Positions 32,504-45,000 of a stretch of 64,000 bases of DNA are shown piece by piece (the first letter of the stretch is position 1; the number at the start of each line of letters is the position of its first letter). The stretch is from the IMG/VR virus record IMGVR_UViG_3300035703_000006, positions 1 to 64,000 of that record. One strand, written 5' to 3'. A program made the position numbers and the translations under genes. The notes beneath the pieces were generated by a model. That model was not told the origin of the DNA and did no database searches. It saw only the letters and a list, made by a program, of their open reading frames with translations.

Positions 32504-35500
32504 ATGAGAACAACTCCAGGTACTGGTGCCATATTACTTCCATTTTTTGATGAAGATTTGTACTCTGTAACAAAAATAGAGGTAATTGATGGCGGAACTG
32601 GATATGCATCAACGGATCCTCCAAAAATTGAAATTAAAGAAACTGCTACTCCATTTGTGGAAGGAGTTTTTTATCCAGTAATCAATCATCCAAGTAATGG
32701 TTCTATTGTATCTGTGGTTGTTGCGAATCCTGGATCTGGTTATTTTCCACTAAAAAATACAATTGGAACAAAGGTAGGAATAGCAACAACTTCTTTAGTA
32801 GAACCACAATTTGTAACTAAAGAATATGGTGCTGGAATTATAATGGGTGTAACTGGAGGAATAGGAAGTGCAATATTTGAAAATGGATATAATGTTGCAA
32901 TTACTACTGCAGTTTCTGGTGCATCATCAATAATACCAGCAAATAATGGACTTGTTGTCTATGGATTTGGAAACCCAATTCCATCTACAACAACTGGAAT
33001 TGGCACTGATGCTAGATTTGAAGTATGGATAGTATATGATGAAGATCCAGCTGGACATCCAATATCAACCTCAATTATATTAAAAGACGGAGGGAGAGGG
33101 TATAAAATTGGGGATAGTGTGTCAATTGCTGGCACATATCTTGGTGGTCTAACTCCAACAAATGATTTATCATTTAATGTCTCAAAAGTGTCTAGTACAA
33201 TAGTTGCAGGAGCAGCAAATGGAAGTTATATAGGTGTTGCAGCAAGCACTATTGTTGGAATTGGATCATCTGCAACTTTTGATGTTACTAGGGATTCTTC
33301 AGGAAAGATAAGTTCAGTTTCTGTAAAAAATGGTGGAAGAAATTATGAAATTGGATATGGCAACACAACTACGGACATTCTCGTAATTCAAGGAACAAGC
33401 ATAGGAGGAATAACACCACAAGATGATTTATATTTGTCTCCAAATCTTCTTGGAACAGATCTTCTTCCTGAAATTTTATATGTAGATAAATTAAATGAAA
33501 ATCAATTTAAAGTTTCTGGACTTTCAACTGCATTAGAACTTGACATAAATCAAGTTGGTGTCGGGACTCAATCATTTACATTTAATGATCCAAATTCAAG
33601 TTCTTTAATTGCAATTGATAATATCATTCAAACTCCTTTGTATAGAAAAGATCTTACACTTTCTTTATTATCTTCTGTTGGTCTTGGAAATACCATTTAT
33701 GTAACTTCTGGAATTTCTTCTTTAACATCTTTGGATGTTTTGAAAATTGACTCTGAGTATATGAGTGTTAGAGCAGTTGGAATTGGATCAACTAATGATA
33801 TTATAGTAGAAAGAGGTCAATATGGCACTAATATTAAACTACATAGTTTAAGTTCTCCTGTTAAAATTTATAGAGGAGATTATAACATAGAAAAAGGAAA
33901 AATTTATTTTTCAACTCCTCCATATGGGAAAATAGGACAAGAAGGGCTGAAAGTTAATTCAAATTTCCAAGGAAGATACTTTAGTAGAAGATTTGACCCA
34001 GGAAATACTTCAGATAAAAATTTAGTAATAGATGATATTTCTTTGAATTTTACAGGAAAGGCAGAAAATCTAGGAATAAGAACAGGAACTTTAAATTCAA
34101 ACAATCAAAGCAATATAACAGGAATAGATACTACAAATTTACAAGTTGGTGATATATTAAATTTAGAATATACAACTCCATTTGTAATTAATTTGGATAC
34201 TACAATCAATTCAATTGGAATTGGAAGTATAGGAATTGCACCAGATCATAATGTATATGTTGGGATAGCAACAACCACATTTAGTATTAAACGACTTAAT
34301 TATGTTCTTAAGTCAGACAACCAATCAACATCTGTACTTTATAATGATACAAATAGTTCAACAGATATAAACAATAATCCAATTATATTAATTAATAACA
34401 TTCCACAAATTCCAGAAAAAGACTTTAAAATAGATACTACAAATAATAATACTATTAAATTTATTAGTGGTGTTCCAAATGCTGGAAGAATAGTTAGAGT
34501 TGCGATTACAACTGGATTTGGATATCAACCACTTGTAGGTGCTTCTGCAACTGTTTCAGTTTCTTCTGCTGGAACAATATCAAGTGTTTCTTTGACTGGA
34601 GCAGGAAGTGGGTATAGAATTCCCCCAATCATCAGTATTGCTTCAACAGTTGGATCTGGAGCAACAATTACTGCAACAATTGGATCTGGGGGGACAATAA
34701 CTTCTTTGGTTATTGTAAATGCAGGATCAGGATATACTACTAATTTACTTCCACTAGTGAATATACCAATTCCCCCAAACTATAGTGATCTGAGTACGAC
34801 TTATGCTGGAATTTCAACTGGTGGAGGAGAAGGTGCAAAAGTATCAGTAGTTGTTGGAAATGGTTCTAGCATTACTGGATTTACTTTGGAAAATCCAGGA
34901 AGAGGTTATAAAGTAGGTGAAATTTTAGTCGTTCCTGGAATCACAACTAATCCAACAATTGGAGCAGGTCTAAGTGAATTTAGAATTACTATCGAAGAAA
35001 TTTTTACTGATAAATTTGGTGGATTTTATCCTGGTCAATTTATAAAATTTGATGATATATCAAAATATTTTACTGGAATAAAGAGAAAATTTGATTTGTT
35101 AATAGACAAAGAAACAATTTCCTTAAAAACAAATCCAATTTCTGATTTAAAGATTGAAAATAACTTTTTTATTTTTATAAATGATGTAATTCAGGTTCCA
35201 GGAGTATCCTACAAAATTGTTGGATCTAGGATAATTTTTACAGAAGCACCAAAAAAAGGTTCAAAATCTTTAGTTTTATTTTATAGAGGCTCCGATTTAG
35301 ATGTAGATCAAATTGATCCACCACAAACATTAAAAGAAGGTGATACAATTCAAATACAACAAAATAGATTCGAATTAACACAAAGAGAGCAGTTTGAAAG
35401 AGTAATTAAAAAAATTATTTCTTCTGACCAATTTGATACATTTACATATGATAGTTTTGGGATAAATGTTGATCCAAAAAAATCAAGACCACTTAAATGG

Positions 35501-37486
35501 ACAAAACAAACTAAAGATAGAATTATTAATGGAGTTTTATACTCTAAACAAAGACCAGATCTGAAATCAAGAGTTACTCCAAAAACACAAATCATTAAAT
35601 CTGTTTCAAAAACAGATACTAAGATTTATGTAAATAATGCCTTTCCACTTTTTTCTATAGATGAAAATTTAAACTTAAAGGAAGAATTACGAGACATCGT
35701 AATAGTATTAAATAAAGATTTTTCACTTGCAACTGGTTCTGCATCTGTATCTGCAGCATCAACAATTTCTAATATTTCTATTGCAAATGGTGGTTCTGGG
35801 TATGAAGGATTGAATAATCCAATTATTTCAATTTCTTCTGCAGCAATCACCAAAAAAGACCCAATTTACAATTGGAAAACTACTACAGGAGTAACTACCT
35901 CTTTTGATTTTAGATCAATTTTATACGGAAATAAATTTGTTGCAATTGGAGGTAGCAGTTTATTGGCAACTAGTAGTGATGGAAGAATTTGGAATTTATC
36001 TAATGTTGGTTTTGGAACAACTATATCATTCAATTCAATCTCATATGCATCAACTTCAAATACCTATGTTGCTGTTGGTAATACGGGAAAAATAATTAAG
36101 TCTGTTGGATTATCAACTTGGACAGAATATGCATTAGTTCAAAAAATTCAAAGTGGTATAGATCTCAATGATGAAATTGAGTTTGAAAATAGTGATTTTA
36201 ATGGCGAATTTAGAGATATTACATATTTGAATTCAAAAGATACTTTTGTTGCAGTTGGATCGACCTTTATTTTTTCTTCGATTGGCACTAATTCTACTCA
36301 GTTTGTAAAAAATAAAATAAATTTACAAAATGATTTAAATAGTGTATCTAATAATAATTCATTGTTTGTTGCAGTTGGAAATAATGGAAAAATACTATAT
36401 TCAATAATAGCAAACATTTGGGTCCCAGTCGATCAATTTACAAATGAAAATTTAAACAAAGTTATTTGGGATGGAAGCAAATTTATAGTTGTTGGTAATA
36501 ATTCAATTATAGCAACTTCATTAACAGGAGTTGATTGGTCAATACAACAAAATGTAAATATCTCAACAAATATAAAAAATATCAAATATTTTGATGGAAT
36601 TTATACTATTTTAAATGACAATGGTGATCTGTTCTATTCATTAAATCTTTCATACTGGGAAAAAAGATCAACAGGACAAAATAATCCAATCAAAGATATA
36701 GTTCACGTTACTGGATTGGATTCGGATAACATAACAGTTGCTGTGGGAATTGCAGGAACAATAATTTATGCTAATCCAACTTACAATAGAGCAGCAGCAA
36801 TTTCATCAATAACAAGTGGGTCAATCTCATCTGTTGCTATAACAAATGGTGGATTTGGGTATTCCGAATCTAATCCTCCTCCTATATTATTTGAAAGTAT
36901 AAAACCAAATAAAGAAAAAGTATTTTCAATTAAAGCAAAAGGTGATTTCGGAAAAATTGTAGGAATCAATACATTAGGAATTGGACAATCATCACTTGAG
37001 TTTAGATTGGAATCAGAAAATTACGACAATCTCAATTTGGGTATTGGATATTCCTCTTTGAACAAATTTGGAATTGAACGTAGTCAATTGAGTGTTGGCG
37101 ATTATTTTGTAATTTTCGATAGCAATGTAACAACTGGTTACGCCCTTACTGGAATCACAACATCAACCGGAACAATTGTTGGATCTTCTGGAGTTTCTAC
37201 AAATACTATTGATGGATTGTATAGAGTAGAAAATATAATTTCAGATACTTCCTCAGGAATTGTTACCGTTAGGTGTGATTTTAATTTAGTTCCTGGTGGT
37301 GTTGATAAATCAATTAGCACTGGAATTAATAGTACTGGATTTTACGGAAGATATACATGGGGTCAAATTTATGATTATCAAAATAGAGTAAGAGAAAATC
37401 CAAGTGAATTCAGTGTAAATACAAGAGATGGATTGTCTGGATTGTCAACTGCACCAGAAGTTTATAGAACTCGTGGTTTAATTTAG
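32504..37486 (+). CDS. Large virion structural protein (baseplate/tail-associated) with beta-propeller-like repeats
   Basis: 1660 aa; GSGY repeats; FVAVGxxG...WT repeats near the C-terminus. Confidence 0.7.
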   Translation: MRTTPGTGAILLPFFDEDLYSVTKIEVIDGGTGYASTDPPKIEIKETATPFVEGVFYPVINHPSNGSIVSVVVANPGSGYFPLKNTIGTKVGIATTSLVEPQFVTKEYGAGIIMGVTGGIGSAIFENGYNVAITTAVSGASSIIPANNGLVVYGFGNPIPSTTTGIGTDARFEVWIVYDEDPAGHPISTSIILKDGGRGYKIGDSVSIAGTYLGGLTPTNDLSFNVSKVSSTIVAGAANGSYIGVAASTIVGIGSSATFDVTRDSSGKISSVSVKNGGRNYEIGYGNTTTDILVIQGTSIGGITPQDDLYLSPNLLGTDLLPEILYVDKLNENQFKVSGLSTALELDINQVGVGTQSFTFNDPNSSSLIAIDNIIQTPLYRKDLTLSLLSSVGLGNTIYVTSGISSLTSLDVLKIDSEYMSVRAVGIGSTNDIIVERGQYGTNIKLHSLSSPVKIYRGDYNIEKGKIYFSTPPYGKIGQEGLKVNSNFQGRYFSRRFDPGNTSDKNLVIDDISLNFTGKAENLGIRTGTLNSNNQSNITGIDTTNLQVGDILNLEYTTPFVINLDTTINSIGIGSIGIAPDHNVYVGIATTTFSIKRLNYVLKSDNQSTSVLYNDTNSSTDINNNPIILINNIPQIPEKDFKIDTTNNNTIKFISGVPNAGRIVRVAITTGFGYQPLVGASATVSVSSAGTISSVSLTGAGSGYRIPPIISIASTVGSGATITATIGSGGTITSLVIVNAGSGYTTNLLPLVNIPIPPNYSDLSTTYAGISTGGGEGAKVSVVVGNGSSITGFTLENPGRGYKVGEILVVPGITTNPTIGAGLSEFRITIEEIFTDKFGGFYPGQFIKFDDISKYFTGIKRKFDLLIDKETISLKTNPISDLKIENNFFIFINDVIQVPGVSYKIVGSRIIFTEAPKKGSKSLVLFYRGSDLDVDQIDPPQTLKEGDTIQIQQNRFELTQREQFERVIKKIISSDQFDTFTYDSFGINVDPKKSRPLKWTKQTKDRIINGVLYSKQRPDLKSRVTPKTQIIKSVSKTDTKIYVNNAFPLFSIDENLNLKEELRDIVIVLNKDFSLATGSASVSAASTISNISIANGGSGYEGLNNPIISISSAAITKKDPIYNWKTTTGVTTSFDFRSILYGNKFVAIGGSSLLATSSDGRIWNLSNVGFGTTISFNSISYASTSNTYVAVGNTGKIIKSVGLSTWTEYALVQKIQSGIDLNDEIEFENSDFNGEFRDITYLNSKDTFVAVGSTFIFSSIGTNSTQFVKNKINLQNDLNSVSNNNSLFVAVGNNGKILYSIIANIWVPVDQFTNENLNKVIWDGSKFIVVGNNSIIATSLTGVDWSIQQNVNISTNIKNIKYFDGIYTILNDNGDLFYSLNLSYWEKRSTGQNNPIKDIVHVTGLDSDNITVAVGIAGTIIYANPTYNRAAAISSITSGSISSVAITNGGFGYSESNPPPILFESIKPNKEKVFSIKAKGDFGKIVGINTLGIGQSSLEFRLESENYDNLNLGIGYSSLNKFGIERSQLSVGDYFVIFDSNVTTGYALTGITTSTGTIVGSSGVSTNTIDGLYRVENIISDTSSGIVTVRCDFNLVPGGVDKSISTGINSTGFYGRYTWGQIYDYQNRVRENPSEFSVNTRDGLSGLSTAPEVYRTRGLI

Positions 37487-37487
37487 A

Positions 37488-37495
37488 GATAAATA
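37488..37495 (+). promoter_or_regulatory. Late promoter variant (GATAAATA)
   Basis: Just before gp8. Confidence 0.5.
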
Positions 37496-37515
37496 AAAAA
37501 AAGTATTTTCACACA

Positions 37516-39087
37516 ATGCCTGCGATTATATCTGACCAATTTAGAGTTATGAATGCTGAGACTTTCGTAAAAAGTCTTGTAGCAATTGGTAATACTAATA
37601 ATACCTATTATACTTTTATTGGACAACCAAATGCTCTCAACCCACAAGCAAATGGAATTTCCGAGTGGGCACTGAATCCGCCTCCACCATCAGATGGATT
37701 TAAAGAAGAAAGTGAAATAAAAGAAACTATAATATCTATGAAAAAGGTCACTAATAGTGATGTTAGAAGAATGGTGAGAAAGGTTGTATGGGAATCTGGT
37801 TCAACTTATGAAATGTACAGACATGATTATTCAATTTATAATCTATCACCAATTACAAATTCAACAAATTTATATGATGCAAATTATTATGTAATCAATG
37901 AAGACCTAAGAGTTTACATTTGTTTGTTTAATGGAGCAAATCCAGAAAATCCAAGAGGAAGACCATCAGTTGATCAACCAACATTTGTCGATTTAGAACC
38001 AAGACCAGCAGGAACAAGTGGAGATGGTTATATTTGGAAATATCTATATACAATTAAGCCTTCAGAAATTGTAAAATTCGATTCCATTGAATTTATTCCT
38101 GTTCCTGAAGATTGGGGAACTACAGGAGAAAGTATTTCCACAAAGAATAATGCAATTGATGGAAAAATAGAAATCATTAATATTAAAAATAGAGGTTCTG
38201 GATATAGTCCAATTTCTCAAACTTTTACAAACGTACCAATTCTTGGTGATGGGTCTGGAGGAAAAGCAACAATTACTGTAGATTCTTTTGGAAAGGTTTC
38301 TGACATTTTTGTAAGTGATGGTGGAACTGGATATACAAAAGGAATAATTAAGTTTGAACCAGGAGCACCAGGAATAACACAAAATTTAAGCAACACTGGA
38401 TCAATTGCTATATTTGAGGTTATCATTCCACCAAAAGGTGGTCACGGATATGATGTTTATAGAGAATTAGGTGCATATAGAGCATTAGTTTTCTCAAGAT
38501 TTTCTACAGATTCAACAAACCCTGATACAATTATAGGAAATGATTTTGCAAGAATTGGTATTATTAAAAATCCAACAAAAAGTGGAAGTGCTGTTGAAAA
38601 ATTAGAAAATGCAGAAGTAAGTGCATTAAAGGCACTAAAATTAACTGGAGTTGCAACTAGCACTACCATTTATGCAGTGGATTCGGTAATCACTCAGCAA
38701 GTTAGTACAGGGGTCACTGCAATTGGTTTTGTTGCTGCTTGGGATAATGTTACTGGTGTTTTAAAATATTATCAACCAGCAGGATTAGCAACAGCAGGTG
38801 TGGGTTATGTTATAAACAACTTTGCTTCTACACTTGGTTCTGGTGGATCTTTGACTATAAATGGGTCTTCTATGAGTGGAAGTCCATTGTCAATTGAGTC
38901 TTCTTTTTCTGGTGAAAATGTAGTAATAAATAATACTACATACCAACTTGGAAGTAATTTTATCTCGGGAATTTCATCATCCGAATATAATAATAAGTCT
39001 GGTGAAATTATATACATTGATAATAGATTCCCAGTGCCAAGGTCAAAAAGCCAAAAAGAAGATATTAAAATCGTCCTGGAGTTTTAA
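37516..39087 (+). CDS. gp8: Baseplate wedge subunit gp8
   Basis: YYVINEDLRVYICLFN, DGYIWKYLYTI, EIIYIDNR..V.R...QKEDIKIVLEF. Confidence 0.9.
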   Translation: MPAIISDQFRVMNAETFVKSLVAIGNTNNTYYTFIGQPNALNPQANGISEWALNPPPPSDGFKEESEIKETIISMKKVTNSDVRRMVRKVVWESGSTYEMYRHDYSIYNLSPITNSTNLYDANYYVINEDLRVYICLFNGANPENPRGRPSVDQPTFVDLEPRPAGTSGDGYIWKYLYTIKPSEIVKFDSIEFIPVPEDWGTTGESISTKNNAIDGKIEIINIKNRGSGYSPISQTFTNVPILGDGSGGKATITVDSFGKVSDIFVSDGGTGYTKGIIKFEPGAPGITQNLSNTGSIAIFEVIIPPKGGHGYDVYRELGAYRALVFSRFSTDSTNPDTIIGNDFARIGIIKNPTKSGSAVEKLENAEVSALKALKLTGVATSTTIYAVDSVITQQVSTGVTAIGFVAAWDNVTGVLKYYQPAGLATAGVGYVINNFASTLGSGGSLTINGSSMSGSPLSIESSFSGENVVINNTTYQLGSNFISGISSSEYNNKSGEIIYIDNRFPVPRSKSQKEDIKIVLEF

Positions 39088-39092
39088 GTAAA

Positions 39093-42000
39093 ATGCCACA
39101 AAATACAAATTTAAATGTATCTCCATATTTTGATGACTTCTCTGATCAAAAAGGATATCAGAGAGTTTTATTTAAACCAGGAACTCCAATACAATCAAGA
39201 GAATTAACAACACTTCAAAGTATTTTACAAAATCAAATTGAAAAATTCGGAAAGCACTTTTTTAAAGAAGGATCCGTAGTAATACCCGGACAAATTGGTT
39301 ATGATGATCAATATTATTCTGTTCAAATTGATGAATCTCATCTTGGAATTCCAGTTTCTTCATATATAGAAAAATTTATAGGAAAAAGCATTCAAGGAGA
39401 AACTAGTGGCATTACAGCAGTAGTAGAAAATTATATTACCAATGAAGAATCTGAAAGAGGTAATTATACACTTTATGTAAAATATAAAAATTCAAGTAGC
39501 ACTAATTTTACTACAAGAACTTTTATTGATGGTGAAAATTTAATTTCTTTAGAAGATGTGGATTATACACTATCTGCAATTCAAAGAAATACCTCCTTTG
39601 CAACTGCAATTATATCAAATTCAACTTCTATTGGATCTGCAGCAAAAATAGAAGAAGGTGTTTACTTCATTAGAGGATTTTTCTTAAATGTAAAAAAACA
39701 AACAATAATATTAAATCAATATGATAATAAACCATCATATCGTGTAGGTCTTTTTATTGATGAAGAAATCGCAGTATCTTCAAATAGTTATAATGATTTG
39801 TTTGATAATGCTCAAGGATTTTCCAATTATTCAGCACCTGGTGCAGATAGATTGAAAATATCTTTATCTTTAATTAAAAAACCACTTGATGATTTTAATG
39901 ATGAAAATTTTGTTGAATTGATGAGATTAAATTCTGGTATATTAATTAAATTTGTAAATGATTCTGACTATAATCTTCTAAAAAATGAATTTGCTAGAAG
40001 AACTTATGATGAATCTGGAGATTATTATATCAAACCATTTAATGTGCATCTAAAAGAATCATTAAATGATAAAATAGGAAACAATGGAATATATTCAGAA
40101 AAGCAAAAAACAACTCAGGGAAATGTTCCATCCGATGATTTATCTTGCTTGTCTATAAGTCCAGGAAAAGCATATGTTAGAGGATATGAAATAGAAACAA
40201 TAAGCAATATTAGTGTTGATATAGAAAAACCAAGGACAACTGAGAAGGTGTCAAATTCATCAGTTCCATTTAATATTGGTAGAAAGATTATAGTCAATAA
40301 TGTTTTTGGATCAATTCCAGTAGGATTTGGAACAACATCACAAGTTTCTCTATATAGTGACCGAACATCTACAGTTGGAGTATCATCCGGATCTAAAATT
40401 GGGGTAGCAAGAGTTTATGATTTTAAACTTAAAAATTCTGAATATTCCAACGCTGCCACACAATTTGAACTTTTTCTTTATGACATTCAAACATATACAA
40501 AATTGACTTTAAATTCCACATTAACTTCATTATCCACTCCAGCATTTATAGAAGGAAAAAGCAGTGGTGCTTCTGGATACTTGGTAAGCAATGTTTCAAA
40601 TTCTTCAGAACTAATTTTATATCAAGTATCTGGTTCTTTTATCTCAAATGAACAACTCAAATCCAATGGTGAAGATTTAGATAGAGTTGTATCTAGTTTG
40701 ACCGATTATAACTTATCAGATGTTCACCAAATCATTGCCAACGAAACAACAGGAATAGGGACATTTACTTCAGATCCACTACTTTCTCTTCAAACTTTAT
40801 TAGCTCCATCTGGAGCACAATTTTCTATTAGTTCCGGTGGTGTTGTAAAGTCTGGGCAAGAAAATTTTTATGTAGGAATAAAAGTAGGTGATATCGTTTC
40901 TTATACAAAACAAGGAGACATTGTTCCAACTTATAATAAAGTTTCCGCAATAAGTACATCTGGAAAAACTATAACAATTACACCAACAACTTCAGTTTCT
41001 GGTATTTGTAGTGGATCTTTACCTGCAAGTGACATTGCAGTTAATGATTTTAAGAAAGTTTCTTTAGAAATTTTAAATAATCAAAACGCATTTTTATATT
41101 CTAAACTAAGTGATTCAAATGTTTCAAATGTAGATTTAACAGGATCTGAAATTATTATAAGAAAATCATATCAAATTCCATCAAGTTCATTTTCTTCTGG
41201 ATCATACTCACAGGTTTTAGAGACTGATCCAAATTTAACTCTATTACCATTTGATGAAGAAGATTATAATTTGAGTTTTTCTGACGGAGTTACTCCACCA
41301 TTAGATGATCAAAAACTAACTATAAGTGGCAGAACGATATCGATTCAAGGAATTTCACCAAATTCTAATTCTTCAATTTTAACAGCAACATTTAAAAAAA
41401 TTAATACGTCTTCTAGAAAAAAAATATACAATAGATGTTCTTCATTAATTGTAAATAAAACTTTATCTGGAATAAACACTTCTACCAATGGATTGACAAA
41501 AAGTAATATATATGGGCTAAGAGTTGAAGATAAAGAAATATCATTAAATGTTCCAGAAGTAGAAAGAATTATTGGAGTTTATGAGTCATCTACATCATCT
41601 GATCCTGTTTTACCAAACATTACATTAACAAATTTAAATTCAAATATTTTAAATTTAGTTAAAGGAGAAAGAATCATTGGCAATGACAGCAATGCTGTGG
41701 CAGTTGTTGTTTCAAGCAATTCAACCAATATAGTTGAATTGTCATATTTAAATGAAAATTTATTTTATATTGGGGAAAACGTAACCTTTGAGGAGTCAAA
41801 AGTATCAGGAAAAATAGATTCAATTATAGTTGGTGATAGAAACATAAAAAATAATTACATCTTGGACGAAGGACAAAGACTAGAATATTTGGACTTTTCT
41901 AGGATAATTAGAAAAAATGAATTTTCTCCTCCAACAAAAAAACTTAAAATAATTTTTAATAATTATACAATAAATTCTGCAGATGATGGAGATTTGGTTA

Positions 42001-45000
42001 GTGTAGACTCGTATGATAAAGAAAGATATGGAAAAAATATTTCTTTTGTTGGTTCAAATAGTTTAAGTGATGTTATTGATCTGAGACCAAGAGTTTCTTC
42101 ATATTCTGGTGTATATTCCCCATTTGAATACCAATCAAGAAATTTTGAAACAATAAATTCATCAAAAAATATATTTTCAAATAACAAAGATATTAATTTA
42201 TCTTATGAATATTACTTACCAAGAATTGATAAATTATATTTAAATAAATACGGAATATTTTTCTTAAATAAAGGAGTTCCATCCAAAGAACCAAAAGAAC
42301 CAAATTCTTTGGATTCTTCTCTGGAAGTTGCCACAATTAGATTACCTGCATATTTGTACAATACTGAAGATGCATCTATTATATTATCTCCTCACAAGAG
42401 ATATACCATGAGAGATGTCTCTAAATTAGAAGACAGGATAAAAAATATAGAATATTATACTTCACTATCTTTACTAGAATCTGATACTCAGAATCTTTCA
42501 ATTCGTGATCCCCAAACAAAATTAGATAGATTTAAATGTGGTTTTTTTGTTGATAATTTTAGATCATATAATGGTGGGCAAATAAGAAATAGAGACTATA
42601 AATCGAGCATTGACACTGCAAATGGAATTTTAAGACCACCACATTATACAACATCAATTGATTTACTTATAGGATCTGAATCTGTTATTGGATTGGGTTC
42701 AGTAACAAATCCAAATGCAGATCTCCGTTTTGTAGATGATTTTGGTTCACCAAATATAAAAAAAATTGGTAGTCAATTATTGCTGAATTATTCTGAAATA
42801 GAATATGTAAAAAATATATTTGCTACAAGATCTGAAAATGTAAATCCTTTTCACGTTATAAACTGGATTGGATCTATTGAATTAAATCCTTCATCTGATA
42901 CTTGGATTGAAACGAGAAGGACCGATAGGACAATTGATATTGAAGGAAGTTATCAGCAAGCAATTCAACAACTTGGTGTTGATACTAATACAGGTCTTTC
43001 CCCAATAGATTGGAATTCTTGGGAAACAAATTGGACTGGAGAAAGTATATCTAATGGTCCAGAATTAGGAAGATTACTTCAAGGTTCAACTAATTTGGGG
43101 ACCACCACTAATGATCCAGGAGGAGGAAGAAGATTAGTTACAGACACAACTACTTTTAGAGATAACTTTTTGACTTTTAGTGAGCAAACTGTAACCCGAA
43201 CTGGAACGAGTACAAGAAATGGTATTCAATTTAGAGTATCGGAAAAATTTGATTCTACTAATTTGGGAGATAGGGTAGTTTCTAGAGAAATTATCAAAAA
43301 AATGAGATCTAGAAATATTGAAATTATCGCAAGAAGATTAAAACCTTCTTCTAGATTTTATTGTTTTTTTGATAGTGTAGATTTAACTTCTTATGTAGTT
43401 CCAAAACTTTTAGAAGTTTCTATGGTTAGTGGCACTTTCTCCTCTGGAGAAACAATAGTTGGAACTTTGGGGTCAAAAAGTATAAAATTTAGACTTTCTC
43501 AGCAAAATCACAAATATGGTCCATATAATTCCCCTACAGAAGTTTATACAGAAAATCCATATCAACCTTCAAATTTATTATCAAATTCATATTCATCAAC
43601 AACAACAATTTTAAATGTTGATACTGCTAGTTTATCAATAAACTCTGAGTCTAACTTTTATGGATCAGTAATTCAAGGAATGCAAATTGTTGGACAAACT
43701 AGTAATGCAATCGCAACTATTTCTGATATCAGGTTAATAAGCGATTCTTCTGGAGTTTTTATTGGTTCTTTATTGATTCCCGATTCTACTATTCCTTCAA
43801 CACCTTCATTCGAAACCGGAACAAAGACTCTTGTGTTAACAACTAGTTCTACGAACTCTACGGTTATAACTTCAAATGAAAGCACTGCAGAAACTAATTT
43901 TTACTCAGAAGGTGCTCTAGATAATGTTGAAAATTCAACTCTTCGCATTAAAAACGCAAATATAGAAAGATTACCAAGAACAGAATCAATATTGGCTTCA
44001 GAAACTGAAACCAATTTAGTGGCAGATACCACTTCAGTAACTAGAACAACACAAAGCCAAAGATGGGTTGATCCATTAGCACAATCATTCGAAGTTGCAG
44101 ATAGAAATGGGGTATTTATAACAAAATGTGATATTTACTTTAAAACAAAGGATACCAAAGGAATTCCTGTAACTCTTCAAATTAGAACTATGAGAGATGG
44201 AACTCCAACTCAAGAAATTCTACCTTTTGGTGAAGTTGTTCTAAATGCAAAAGATGTAAATATTTCCGAAGATGGAACTATTCCCACTACATTTACGTTC
44301 TCTTCTCCAATTTATCTCGAACCAGTAGGTAGTGGGTATGCAATTGCATTGGTTTCATCTTCAAATGAATATAATGTTTGGATTTCTAGAATGGGTGAAA
44401 CTGATATTTCCACAATAAACAATCCCGATTCTGAAAAAGTAATTGTTTCGCAGCAACCAACTCTTGGTTCTTTATTTAAATCACAAAATGGTTCTACTTG
44501 GGAACCAAGTCAATTAGAAGACTTGAAATTTACTTTATATAGAGCAAATTTTGTAACTTCGCCAGCATCAATTAGATTTTATAATCCAGAACTAGCAGTT
44601 GGAAATAACCAAATAGTTTCATTAAGACCAAATCCAATCAATACAAATTCAAATTCGGCATTAGTTGGAATTGGAACTAGTTTATCTTCTGCTCAGCAAA
44701 GTTCTCTCGTTGTTGGGAACACAATAAGCCAAACATCTAATACTAATTTTACTGGAAAATTGAAATCCCTTGTTGGTGCTATTGGAATTAATTCAACATT
44801 AACTTTAACGAATTCTGGAATAGGTTTTACAAGTGGCCCTAAAGTATACTCTAATATAAATCTAGTAACACTTAGTGGATTTGGAAATAATGCAAAAGTA
44901 AATCTTTCTGTATCTGGTGGTGTTGCTGTTGCAGCAACAATCACAAATGGTGGTTCTGGTTATAAGATTGGTGATACATTAACTATAAATTCTTCTGATA